DNA of 64,000 nt from Octopus bimaculoides (taxonomy: Eukaryota), in assembly GCF_001194135.2 (NCBI RefSeq), contig NC_068988.1, positions 67,424,967-67,488,966 on the forward strand, read 5' to 3'. Shown here piece by piece: positions 39,898 to 53,224 of the stretch. Both the position numbers and the translations under genes were made by a program. Positions within the stretch are counted from its first letter, which is position 1; the number at the start of each line of letters is the position of its first letter. The notes under the pieces were generated by a model that saw only the letters and a program-made list of their open reading frames with translations, did no database searches and was not told the DNA's origin.

Positions 39898-41700
39898 CAG
39901 TGGTTCCCAGCAATTTTCAACCCTAGGGACCACTCCTGCTTTTACTTTATGCTGTTCTATTTTCACACTAAAATACTTATGAAAAAGCAAACAAGTCTAT
40001 TTACACTTTAAATTTTATTTTGGCAAACAAAAGATAACATTTTAAATTTATTTTAGTAAACAAAGATATTTTAGTAAACAAGATATCAAAATCATTTTTC
40101 ATAAAGTCGTTCATTTGTAGTCAATTTAGCTAGTGACTAGCCTGATATTCTTAGTCTGATAGTTCCTCTGCCGTTGATATCTAATTCATTTCTTTTTCTA
40201 CTTAAAATATCTACAACAGATGAAAATGCAGATTCTACTATCCATGTGGTAGGGAAAGAAATGATGCTTGCTCCTACATGTCGAAAAATATGTGGGTGTG
40301 ATTCCTTTATCGATATGTAGGCAAAAACATCTTTTTCAACTCTTCTGTTTCATATTCTCTTTCAAATCCAACAACTCAAACTTTTCATCTCTTGGCTCAT
40401 AATTTTCTAGGTCTACAAACCAGAGTGGATAATCTATCTTTAATGAATCATTATATCTTCTCTTAAAGTATACATGAAGACTTTCACGATGGGCAATGCA
40501 ATCAGCAATGCATTCTGATGTAAGAACTGTGGTGTTCAAATTTTGAAATGATGCCAACATTTTGTTTTAATTTCCCCTTATACCCGTTTACCTTCTGAGA
40601 ACAGGTGACCAAATCTGATTTTCTACCTTGCAGCTCTAAGTTAAGCAGATTCACTGTTTTAAAGATATCACTCAAGTAGAATATCTTTGATTTAAACTCA
40701 GAAAACCTTTCCAAAGTTTTCTTAGCTGTATCAGGTTGCTTCTTGGAGTTGTAGTGAGTCATCTGATTCTTGAACATGAGAAAATTGATTAATGATTCCC
40801 ACAAATTCACTTTTCTTCGAAGGCTCAGGCCTTTTGACAACCATCTTACTTCTGTGTGAAGCAATAGGGTTTTAAAATCTCCATCTTCACAGAATTGCAT
40901 GAAAAATCTATCATTCACTGAGTTTGATTTGACAAAGTTAATTGCATGTATGGCAGTGTTGAGTGCTTCTTCCATGTGTCCTCCAATATTCTTAGCAACG
41001 AAATGCTGTTTGTGGATAATGCAATGTATATAAAATATGTGAGGAGCAACTGATTTCATTCTAGAAATAAAAACCTTTCACTTTTCCAGTCATGATTGCA
41101 GCTCCATTTGATGTAATGTTGATCAAATTAATCAATGAAACATTTTTATCATTAAAATACTGCATTACCTCATTGAGGTAGCTTCAGACAAACATTTAAT
41201 GAATAACATTTCTTCCCTTATATCATCTTCATGGATGAATCTGACATAGACTAGCAGGATAGCTTGGTTATAAATTGTGCTATCATCAACCTGGATAGAA
41301 AAATTTGCCTTTTGGAGACTTTCCACAATCTTCTTCTCAACAAAATTAGACATTTCATCCTGTCTTGTAATTGTGTTATTTGAAAGTAGAATTGTACTCA
41401 GAGTAGACGCAGCATCTTTTCCCAGAACCTCATTTGCATAAGTTATCATAGCAGGCTTGACAAGTTTCTCACCATAAATCTGAAGTACTGCAACCTTGGC
41501 AATAATTTCAGAGACCAAATAACTTGGTTTGAGTGTCTTTATCTTTTCAGCATTTGTTTTTTTCAGTCGGGTAGTTTGATTGGATGTATTTTCCTTTTAT
41601 TCTCAAAATATTCCCTAACTTTACCAACACATGATGGATGCCTTAATTCCTGGTGCTGTTCCAGCTTAACTTTCTTGAAGGAATGATTTGTCATGATAAA
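39898..41700 (-). mobile_element. Decayed hAT (Buster/Charlie; ZBED5/SCAND3-like) transposase with one terminus
   Basis: Frameshifted segments IYGEKLVKPA, LSNNTITR, FSIQVDDST, LLVYVRFI, CIIH, LLLHTEVRWLSKG, FYLSDIF, FPTTWIVESAFS...KRNELDI; terminal CAGTGGTTCCCAG at 39898 preceded by an ATGTAGAA target-like 8-mer. Confidence 0.92.
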
Positions 41701-42503
41701 TATCGATCTGTGTTTGATTTGAACGCAGAAACGAAGAGCTGTAATGAAATATGACAGGACACTTTTACCAATCCACAGCCCTCATCGAAATATATATTGT
41801 TTCTGACATAGGCACAAGCTGTATATTGAAGCTGACATTTCTTCTATCAAATCGACCTCAGTGCTTGAAGCATAAATTATTTTAATGCCTTCGGAAAGAT
41901 GAAAGATAAAATTAACCTCGGCGGTATTCGAACGCAGAAGACAAACACTTGCAACGAACCCAGCTTATGCGATCTATTGTACAAAATATATTGGTTTCAT
42001 CATTACCAGAAGCACCTCAACGTTTTAAATTAATTTCCCCAGCGAAAATCATTTAAGTGTTATTCACGCACGAACTTTGTTGATAAATGCATTACTATTC
42101 GCTTCTCTGTTTAATTTCCTTTCTCATTTATAAGTTTGAACATCATTCTGAAGAAGGTAATTTTGTGGTTATTTCTTTGATTATGTAAACAATGTTCATG
42201 AGTAGTCACGATTATATATCCAATGATACCAACACGCGCGTCCACAAATGAAAGAAAACAACAACAATAAACGACTGACATTAAACCGATTAGAAACTCT
42301 GTTTTCTAAATGAGAGTGGAAACATTTACTTGTAGTAAACTTTACATATACCAGACATTTCTCTCTGCAAGTTACTAATAATAGTAAAGACTTGTATATG
42401 AGTACCAACTTCTCACATACGCTGAAACAACACGAAACAAAAATTGATCTGAGTTATAAGCAGAATAAGCGCGAAATATATACATAGGCCCATATAACTT
42501 TAT

Positions 42504-42884
42504 GTGGAGATGCAATGGCCCAGTGGTCAAGGCAGCGGACTCACGGTCGTAGGATCGCGGTTTCGATTCCCAGACTGGGCGATGTGAGTGTCCATTGAGC
42601 GGAAACATCTAAAGCTTCACGAAGCTACGGTAGTGGGTGGTGGCGAACTCTGCTGTACTCCTTCACCACAAATTTCTCTAACTCTCTCTTCCTGTTTCTG
42701 TTGTACCTGTATTTCAAAGGGCCAGACTTGTCATGCACTGTGTCACGCTGAAACTTCCCAAGAAATACGTTAATGGAACGCATGTCTGTAGAGTGCCCAG
42801 CCACTTGCACGTTATTTTCATGAGCAGGCTGTTCCGTTGATCGGATCAACTGGAACTCTCGTCGTCCTAACCGACAGAGTGCCA
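42504..42884 (+). mobile_element. Full-length tRNA-derived SINE (family C)
   Basis: A-box TGGCCCAGTGG (42516-42526), B-box GGTTTCGATTCCC (42559-42571), 3' end gtcgtcctaaccgacagagtgcca then (TATG)n; 3' half matches 51387-51530. Confidence 0.9.
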
Positions 42885-43019
42885 CGATACCTGTATGTAT
42901 GTATGCATGTATGTATGTATGTATGTATGCATGTATGTATGTATGCATGCATGTATGCATGCATGCATGTATGCATGTATGTATGTATGTATGTGCTATT
43001 GCTAGATAGACGTTGAGCC

Positions 43020-43520
43020 TGCAATAGGTCCATCCAAGCTTTCAACAGGTCTCGTTTTTAATCCTGCTGGGTTTCTAGCAACCTTCCTCACCAGGGTAGC
43101 CTGGTGGGGAGTGCAAGTTTAGTCGCCGGCAACCCGACCATGCAACAGGTTTTATTGGATTCCATGTTACCAATAGCACTTATGAGAGCCTCATTACATG
43201 CCTGTGATATGCAGGACACTGACTGGGAGAACAATGTATGTCATCACAACGGATGGAGGAAGCAGGTTAAGGAGGGGATCGACACTTTTGGGAGAGCACG
43301 TATCCAGCATGAAGAACTTAAGCGAGCTGCGCGAAGCGCACGGCTCATATAGTGAATGGGGAAAGCTTGGTCTGCAATGTTTGCAGTCGTGTATGCTTGT
43401 CAAGAGCAGGGCTCATTATCCGACAACGGAGCTGCTAATGCAAAACATAAGTTAGTCCTTGAGCGCACAATGTTTCTGAAGGTCGGTAATGGTCTTCCTC
43501 GGTCACGAGTGGACGGCCAT
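43020..43520 (+). mobile_element. RTE-clade LINE derivative (UTR-like segment joined to the ORF C-terminus and 3' end)
   Basis: DWENNVCHHNGWRKQVKEGIDTFGRARIQHEELKRAAR and LVCNVCSRVCLSRAGLIIRQRSC*, followed by a (TATG)n tail. Confidence 0.75.
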
Positions 43521-44498
43521 CATGTATGTATGTATGTATGTATGTATGTATATATGTATATATGTATGTATGTATGTATGTATGCATGTATGTATGTATA
43601 TATATGTGTGTGTGTGTATGTATGTATGTATGTATGTATGCATGTATGTATGCATGTATGTTTGTATGTGTGCATGTATGTGTTTGCCTGCGTGTGTTTG
43701 TGTATGTACAGCCGGGTGTGTAAGTACAGCCGTGTGTGTATGCTTATGTCACATGTCTATGAAAAAGATCACACTTGTGAACGACAGCTGCCCAACCATG
43801 TCATCAAGGGACTTCCTCTAAATGCGACTATGCGACATGATCTTGCTAAAGGAAAATACAATACTATCACACATACACACAAAAGACTATACTAGAATAA
43901 ATAAAGAGAATTCATGAATACATACACAAATATCAACACAAGCATTAGATTGTATATACTCATTAAAACTTCTTACAAACACAACATGCTAGATATTGTT
44001 GATTGAATTCTACAAGAATAATATTCATAACGTCCGTTGCTCTCCTGATGTGAATATATCCTCGAAAATCAAAGCGCAAGAGGTTAACAATCGACAAATG
44101 CTTTGAAACCTTCATGTCCTATTCACAGATTATAAATCCCCATTTATACTAATAATATTTGATTTTCTTAGTCCATTCTTACTTGACAACTTGGATAAAC
44201 TAGTGTTTTATGGAAACCAAATCAACCAGCGAACTTCCATTCTACAAATACAACCTGTCAACAGACTAGTAAAATTATGCATGACTTCTTCTCAAGTTCA
44301 GAATGTGACATTGATTTCTTTATCTAGATTTCGACCATGTAGCTTTGTATTTTTATTTGAAACCAACTCTTTCTTACAATACTCCACATAATTAGAAACT
44401 GAAGAGCACAATGATGCACGTACATACACACACACACACACATACACACACACACGCAGACACACACACACACACACACACACACAGCTATAAAATAC

Positions 44499-44533
44499 AT
44501 TAATAGCTAGATATATGTATATCTAGCTATTAA

Positions 44534-44534
<1 letters not shown>
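44499..44534. repeat. 36-bp palindrome (17-bp perfect arms)
   Basis: ATTAATAGCTAGATATA-TG-TATATCTAGCTATTAAT. Confidence 0.95.
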
Positions 44535-44592
<58 letters not shown>

Positions 44593-45205
44593 GTTATTTT
44601 AATCAACAGGAGTTAGAAAGTGACTGCATACATGCAGTATACCTTATGGTGGTTGTTTCAAAGTCTCTGTTTTCTTTATACTAAGAAATAGTTTCCTTAG
44701 AATTCTGAAGTTATTTCTACGTTTATTGTCTACCATAAAGGAAGATATGAAGTGGGAGTCTGCGTTATTCTAGATATCATATATTGCCTGTGAAAACGGA
44801 ATATATTACTTTAGGTTTTATGATCTTATTATCAGATATTGCACAACATAACCCTGAAAACACCTGGGCAGAAGTATTAAGAAATATTCAGATTTCTGTA
44901 GTCAATACCTCTGTGAACAATCGAACGAGAATTTATTCATTTAATGTTTATATGAAGGAAATATATTACTAAAATGTTTCTAAATTGCATTGACACACTG
45001 GAAAAGAGGGGGATGCTAAGTAATGTGCGGCTTATATGTAATAGATAAAATACTCGTATCAAACTATTAACTCTATTTAATAATATATTTATAGGCTAAT
45101 ATAGAATCCTTAGGTAGCTCTACTTTATAATCTATAAGAGCATTTTCAGGATCACGAAAATTATAAAATTACGAGGAAAAGATTTATTCCTACACCAGAA
45201 AGTTG

Positions 45206-46340
45206 TATGACGTCTGTCCAAAAGGAAAGCAAATATTTAAGGCAGTGCACCTACTAGCCGACGCAGCCCTTTCGTGACTGCGCTGCTGTGCATGGAATTG
45301 TTACAACCTAATGATAGCCACGTCTGACTATGCTCGTTAAACACCAATTAAAATATGCTGGAGAGAATGCATTTGGCGATCCGTCACAAGTTCAATAACG
45401 ATGAACTTCGAACAGGAACATGAGGATATGAAATTCTTCTTCAGATGAAGAAATATTACGATAACTTGTATAATGTTGCTTCAGGTCAACATTGAAGATA
45501 TTTCGAGTTCTATGTAATATCAAGAGTGGTGCTAATGTTGCAAATAGAGAAAGACATGCACGGAAAACTATCCGAGATATACGAAAGTGTATGCTGTGAT
45601 ACATGTGAAGCAATGACTAAATGTCAGTGAAGTTTTCAATGTAGTAGACATCTGTAAATGATGTCACATAATTTCAAAGAAAATGAATAATTTTGCAACG
45701 AAATTTCTACAGCATCTGCTGACAGGTGTACAGAGTGGAAGCAAAACGGTGTTGAACTGTCCCATTGCCTGCAACATGCAAAAAAATTGGATAAAAGTTA
45801 TAACAAGTGACGAAGCTCAGATATGTGGTTTCGCTGTTGGAAAAAAGAAGGCATTCATCAAAAGGGTTTGATTCGACGTGGCTACTAGTAGAAAAAAAGA
45901 AAGAAACACATTAGAATCTTGAAAATATAGACTGCCTTTTTTGTCACTGGAAGCGCCATTTATTGTGAATTTGTTCATGTGGCCTGATAATATAATTATT
46001 TACTTGGATGTTCCGAGGGAGAAATGTGTAGGAAAAACTCGGAGATATGAAAGAACAACCCATTCCCTCACATTACTCTTTACCTATAAGTTTCTCACGA
46101 AGTGGAGTTGATTATCATTCTCCGGCGCCAAAGAGTTCTCATTGTTTATGATGTTGAATTCTACCTTGAAAAGATCTCAAATTTTAGACAAGGGAAAATA
46201 TCATGGAAATTTCGTAAAGTTTCCAAGCACATTCCGCTTGAAAATCACCCTATCACATGTTTAAAAAAGGGAATATCTTGGGAGGTGGATATAAACGTTG
46301 AAGGGAAAAATTCCGAACCAAACAAGACAGATTAAATTTT
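45206..46340 (+). mobile_element. Highly decayed mariner transposase relic
   Basis: TATGACGTCTGTCCAAAA resembles a mariner TIR; fragments ATKFLQHLLT, IKVITSDEAQICGF (cf. VITGDESW), TAFFVTGSAIYCEF (cf. VFFDSRGIVHHEF). Confidence 0.55.
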
Positions 46341-47158
46341 AAGTAGAACAATAAAACCTTGTTCTTCAAAAACATTGGTTCAGGAGAATTTATGTAGAAG
46401 GTTAACATTTAGTTATATCAACTCAAAATTGTTTTCAGTCAAATTAACTGAGACACATATAAGTGTTTTCTTGCGTAGCAGAATATAGCATATAATTCAA
46501 TCATATATAACATGAAGTTGGGTATATAGTTCTGATATAAATTAACATTTTTGAAATAACTTTTTTTCTTCGGCTAGTCCTCGATTTTATTGTCAACTGC
46601 AAATTTAGTGAAGGAAATAGAAATGTTTTTGGCTTTCAAATTAAAATGTAAAAAGTACTCCCACCAATAAAAGACTGAAAACGAATCTAAGACAAAATCA
46701 ATACAAATAAATGCAAAACGAAATACAAATTTTCAAAAAACAAACTTAATTCTCTGAGAAACTTTGCTAAAAACAGAAAAGAATATTCTATGTATAAAGA
46801 CATTTCGTGTTTTAGCATGTGACCTGTAATCAAGTCTAAGTCAATTATAATATTCTACTGAAATATTTACACATTTTTAAAGAAATTAAACATATGTTAG
46901 TAGAAGTAGTAGTAGTAGTAGTATATGTATATATATANNNNNNNNNNNNNNNNNNNNNNNNNNNNNNNNNNNNNNNNNNNNNNNNNNNNNNNNNNNNNNN
47001 NNNNNNNNNNNNNNNNNNNNNNNNNNNNNNNNNNNNNNNNNNNNNNNNNNNNNNNNNNNNNNNNNNNNNNNNNNNNNNNNNNNNNNNNNNNNNNNNNNNN
47101 NNNNNNNNNNNNNNNNNNNNNNNNNNNNNNNNNNNNNNNNNNNNNNNNNNNNNNNNNN

Positions 47159-47196
<38 letters not shown>

Positions 47197-47228
47197 GCGC
47201 GAGCGCACGCACACATATACATACATGG

Positions 47229-47264
<36 letters not shown>

Positions 47265-47799
47265 TATATAAGTTCACGTGCCTCTGTATATGGTTATTTA
47301 TAGACATATACTGTAACTGTGTTAATACCTGCATTATATACATAGATTAAGTAGTTTATTTAAAATTATACCGAAATGAGATCAACTCTCTTTTCTCCCT
47401 CTGTTTCCGAGTCCGTAAGTTAAGTACAATTCGAGCACCTCTCTCACCCTGCTCTCTTACTCTTTTCTTGTGGCTGTGTTTCTCTGTCTGTCTCAAACTC
47501 CCTTTGAGAATTGACTATAATATGATCCCAGTAGAGTCATGTCAATCAGTCACCCAGTACTCCAGGAATGAATCTACCTGTGCAAAGGGCCCACAGATTT
47601 CTTCTCGTTGAAAATCAAACTTGTACTGAGCGATTACGACCCAATATATATAGCACTACGAAACATGGAACATTAATAGCAACTATATAAGGACACATGA
47701 TATAATGTAAGATAGCATATATACTTATGTTTCATTAGATATATGTGCGTACGTACGTATGTACGTATGCAAGTATTTATGTATGCATGTATGTATGTG

Positions 47800-47830
<31 letters not shown>

Positions 47831-48191
47831 GAAAGGAAGTGTAAGACTAATAATTCACACAGTTCAAAACTAAATAAATCCGTAAGTAAAAGACAGAAAA
47901 TTACTTCTAACTTTGAATGTATTTGAATATTTATTAGAAGAGGAGTTTAATAAAATTACAAACGATATTTTTTTTTATGAGAGTATGAAACTATTCCAAG
48001 ACTTTCTAAATATGATATGTATTTAAAGTGCTTTGATCTCTTCGTCTGCATAACAGCTATCTGTGTTTAGAAAATTATAATATAAAATTATCATATGATT
48101 TTATTCAGGTATTACCATTATTATACCATTTCATAGATATGAAGAAAATAGAATAGCGTCATTATTCTCATAAAATATATATATTCCTGTG

Positions 48192-48272
<81 letters not shown>

Positions 48273-48331
48273 TGTTTGTGCGTATTTAGATGACCGCAGC
48301 TGCATGGTTGGACTATATGAAAGAATAAAAG

Positions 48332-48368
<37 letters not shown>

Positions 48369-48519
48369 TTAGATATATAGATAAATAGATTGATGGACAG
48401 AGAGATAGACAGATAGATAGATAGATAGACAGATAGTCAGATAGAGTAGATAGATAGACAGACAGACAGGAATACCCCCCCCCCCCACATACATATATAG
48501 ATAGACAGATATTCTGTCT

Positions 48520-48730
48520 TTTACTTGGTGTGTAGTATTTAGTCGATCAAGTCGATACCAAAACTTACGTTTTGGTAAGCCTGGTACTTATTTTACCATG
48601 TTCTTCTATCGATATACTCTGTTACAGGGACTTAGCCAAACCAACATCTGACCCCCCCCCCCTCCACACATCCATCCATCTCTTTATCTCTCTCTTATAT
48701 TTTGCTTGCTTCAGTCATGTATCCACTCTA
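48520..48730 (-). mobile_element. SINE family A tail, degenerate
   Basis: tttagtcgatcaagtcga...gtaagcctggtacttatt is the reverse complement of the family A tail. Confidence 0.55.
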
Positions 48731-49223
48731 ATGCTTATTTTGAGTTTTTTCTGTTGCTGTCATATATTTTGAAGTTTTAAAATTAACTGTAATTTCTCAA
48801 ATTTCGTACATTGATGAAAATTGGTGTAATTTTTCACGATGAATACATTTTTGCTATTCATTGTTTTCAGAAAACATTTTTTTTTTTTTTGCAAAATACT
48901 ACAGAGGATTAAATTTTGATAATTGTTACCCACTCAGGAAACAAGATTAGGAAGCTGGCATTTTCTACTTGATAGCTGTCTATCACTTATTGAAACTAAA
49001 ATCATTACAACTACGAATTATTAATAAATCAATGGAAGACGAAACATTACGAAGACGAAAGTTGTAAAGAGGTTTGAAGTTTTTATAAGTATTAATGAAT
49101 AAATAAAGTCAAGTGAAATCGACGAAGAGGTATGAAAATTCTTTAAAAAGGAAAAATGTTCAACAAAAAATCTTTGCGAAGAATTCCCCCCACACAGGTT
49201 TAGGTTTAGGTTTAGGTTAATAT

Positions 49224-49352
49224 ATACGAAATCCACTTACAAGGTTTTGGTTGGTCCTGGGAGATAGTGGAAGACACTTGCCAAATGTGACACGAAGTGG
49301 AAATGAACCTGGAACCATGCGGCTGGCAAGCAAACACCTTACCATAAACTCT
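49224..49352 (-). mobile_element. SINE family A head
   Basis: aaatccacttacaagg...gacacttgccaa...gaacctggaaccatg...cttaccat is the reverse complement of the family A head. Confidence 0.7.
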
Positions 49353-49523
49353 CTCTCACGCACACACGCACACACGCACACACACACATACATACACACA
49401 TACACACACACACACATGTATTTAACAAAGTAAACAACAGGTTTACGGTCTTCTGCACAGATAAATCAAGGGCAGGACAGAAAGAACACAAGCTGAAATC
49501 CAACAAAACAGGACAAAAACAAG

Positions 49524-49566
49524 ATACACGGATAATTTTCAGCTGATTTCTTCTTCAGTCAGTGTC
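49524..49566 (-). ncRNA. Possible minimal hammerhead motif
   Basis: Minus strand ACACUGA-CUGAAGA-AG(AAAUCAG)CU-GAA-AAUU-A-UCCGUGU: 7-bp helix I with one mismatch, core intact, but only a 2-bp helix II. Confidence 0.4.
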
Positions 49567-51335
49567 CGGAAAATCCTTGCAGTTTCGCCCTTTTTTTATT
49601 ACTGAGATTGCTCGAATCCGGCAAGTGTCAGGGACTTTAGCTAAAAGGATTAAGCCTCTAGGAAAAGTGAACGAAGAGCGAAAACAAGGACTGAAACAAA
49701 ATAAGAAAGCTTGAATTATACGCATACAACAGACAAACATCTTTCAGCTATAGAACAGAAGGAAAATAATTGTACATTTCGTATACGAATAAATATAGAA
49801 CAGAAATGGTCTTTCAACTATCGGACGAAAGTAACGCTATGAAATATTAATGCAAGTGCAACAGGAAAAGAATTAAATATACATAATGGACACGCGCTTT
49901 TCGACTAAACACACGCACACAGACACACACAGACACAGACACACACACACATATATATAAGTGAGTGTGTCTTTGTGTACGTATACGTCAATGTATATGT
50001 ATAAGTGTGAGTATGCGTGTGTGTGTGTGTGCGTATTTAAACTCTGTTTAAGTAATTAAAGCACCAGCGAAAAAAAAAAAAGAATCGCATGTGCCTTTAT
50101 CAGTATTCTAAGCGCTGCTACAAATCTTGGGCCATCCAATAGAAGTAAAAAAAAAAAAAGAAAGAAATAGTGTTAGCAATAAATTCACTATTCTTCGTAT
50201 TGAAAGAAACCTTTATATAGAAGCAAGGAATGTACCGTATCAATTTACTAGTCTACATGATTATTAGTAGACCAACATCATAAAATTATCGAAATTATCA
50301 CCTAGAACTCCGCGTGTCGTCATGAAAATGTTTCCACGTGGAACATGTTATCTCATGTTCCAATTTAATTGTAAATCTTGTCGAAATAAATGGAAGAGAA
50401 GGTTGTCATAGTTTATCACTTTTCCCAGAATATTTTATGTCTCTGAAATCGCTACACCATAGAATGGAATCATGTCCTACTACTCCACTGTTATAATATG
50501 CTCTGTTATACACAGAAACAAAAACACACATACGCGCGCGCACACTCACGCAGAGACGTACACATACAAACACATAACCAAATACAATTATATATATATT
50601 TGGTTGAAAATTGAACAACAGCCAGAAAGCGAAAAGCAATAGATAGAAGCTGAACAGAGAACAACAAACAAGACGTGTTAGCGTCAAACTTATATACCTT
50701 GTTCGTTCTTCCTTTACCTTCTTCTGTCTTTTTTATTTTGAATCATATATATGCTCACGTGTTCACTCCAGTTTGATTCTGCTCGATTGACGTAACCTCT
50801 CTCTTGGTCACGCATATCCTTTCCTTCCGTCTTCTTGGACCTTTCCTACCTCTCCTCAATTGATTTATCACCACTCCACCCGGACTACTATTGAGATTTT
50901 ATACTTCTCAGATTCTACCATGTATCTTACTGTTCGCTGCTGTTGATGTATATATTTATGTATGTATGTATGTATGTATGTATGTATGTATGCATGCATG
51001 ATTAGATATCGTTATTCAGTTTTATTTCAAAATCTTTTGTCAATAGAGAAAAAGGTGGCTTCTAACCTAGATCCAAGTCTCCTTTGTTGGGATTTCAACA
51101 ACATCAACAGAATATTTTTGCATATATGTCTTCGTATATGTGCAATAGTTGGAGTCAGTGTATGTGCAGCATTCTATGGTTTGTTTTACGTATGTATTGT
51201 TATGCATATAGTTTCATATCTCGACATAAGCAAATACACTGAGATGATATACTTCTGGAAAGTTTTATAAATTTTTACAGTTCCAATGATGGCTTGGATC
51301 TGTAGCTTTCGAATCAGATTTCTTCTTTCTGGTTT

Positions 51336-51367
<32 letters not shown>

Positions 51368-51386
51368 TGTATGTATGTATGTATGT

Positions 51387-51530
51387 CTGAATATCCCCCG
51401 AGAACTACGTTAAGGGTGCACGTGTCTGTGGAGTGCTCAGCCACTTGCACGTTAATTTCACGAGCAGGCTGTTCCGTTGATCGGATCAACTGGAACCCTT
51501 GACGTCGTAAGCGACGGAGTGCCAACAACA
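51387..51530 (+). mobile_element. 5'-truncated family C SINE
   Basis: Near-identical to ~42740-42884 (cagccacttgcacgtta...gttccgttgatcggatcaactggaac); flanked by (TATG)n. Confidence 0.88.
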
Positions 51531-52493
51531 TGTATGTATGTATGTATGTATGTATGTATTTATGTATGTATTGTAATCACATTTATTTCTATTTCGAAGA
51601 CCGTTCCGAAAATGTCTAGATTAGAGAAAATTTTAAATGTATGGTGTTTCACTCAAAGAGTGGCAGAGCTTAACACCATCACCTGCCTTTGGTGGAATTA
51701 ATTCTCCTGGAAACATTCGCGCCGTGTCTTTGTTGGTGTGAAAATAATCCTCTTTCTCCCCCCACACCGGTCTCTGAGGTCATTAAATGCTGTTGGCTGA
51801 TGCTTTTCTTTCTCTGAATAATGCATGTCCATAAAGAAACTGTCACCGTGTGATCAGGTTACACTGGTGTTTTCCAAGGAAGCTTAAACATTCTCTCTGC
51901 TGCTAAATACAGGGAGAGAGAAGAAGACAGAGAGTGAGAATAGGGGAAGGAACAGAAGAGAAAAGGTAGAAAGTGAGAGAGGAGATAGAGAGAGAGAGAG
52001 ATAGAAAGTCTCAGAAGCTGGATGTGAAAGGCTCTTAGCTTTACAGATATATGTGTTTGTATGGGTAGGTGACTGAACGTTTGCGTGTGATTGTGCTTGT
52101 GAGTAAATGTATGAGAATGTGTGTCGATGGCAACAAAGAGATCTTTCACGTACCAAGTATATATAGTGAAACTCGCCTAGCTACACATTCCCACAAACAT
52201 CTTTACCACTGAAGGAAAAACGAAATTTACTAAACTGGGAATCAAATGTAGCCGCCATTGTAAACAGCATTAATCTTTCATCTCAGCTGTATACAGTTCT
52301 TCGCAAGTGAAGTCGAAATACCGATACATTTTCGCAATGAGTAGATTCCGGTATAAATCAAACTCCCAATGTGTTTTTTTTTTGTGTTTTATTTATACAT
52401 TTTGACGATGCTGATGGTCTACACTTATAGCAGAGTTTTCTGCTATTATTCTTCCTTCTTTTCCGTGCTTTCCGTGCTTATGTACAGGCGTGG

Positions 52494-52525
<32 letters not shown>

Positions 52526-53168
52526 GAAAGAAAGAAATAGTGTCAGAGATAAGGAAGGGGAGAACTCGACCTTAATAGTGACTGGTAAGTTATTTCTCGA
52601 TTCTCACATTATATGGCACTAAGTGGATTTCAGTGGAATTTGAAACCAGAAGGCAGAAAGCCAGAATAAATGCTGAAATGCTTTCAATATATCGCTCTCA
52701 CAACTGTGACAGTTCGTCATCTGAACTAATGGCAATATATGTAGTTGAGGAAGCACAAATACTGTAAATAGATTTAATTATTTGATAAGGGTCAGACATT
52801 ATAAGTAAATTGATAATATACATTTTTTCATTTTGAAATGTACGTGAAACAAATTAGGACATGTTTCAGTTTAATTTAACTCCATCAAGAGGGTGAGGGA
52901 GATAAGTGATAGAATCCTGCAAAAAGAATACCAAACCAAAATATATATTTTGTTTATATGATTACTGCTGTTTAAAAGTCGTTAATCATCATCTTTATCA
53001 ATGATTTTGTTTTATCCATTTTGAAGAGTCTGCGACGGTGAAAATTATCTGTCTTAAATATGCCTACTTTATTTCAGAAAACTCTGAATGCTATCACCTA
53101 CAACTTGTGACTTCTGATAATGCGTTAATATTGATATTTTGACTCCGTCTATATAAAACATTATATAA

Positions 53169-53224
<56 letters not shown>

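Noticed and set aside
49196-49218. Three TTTAGG units, telomere-like
   Set aside because: Too short, not the TTAGGG unit, and adjacent to a SINE; a simple repeat.
52845-52895. GAAACATGTC with a short stem on the minus strand; a similar AAAACATGTC near 11045
   Set aside because: Core boxes have two or more mismatches and helix I is absent or poor; not distinguishable from chance.
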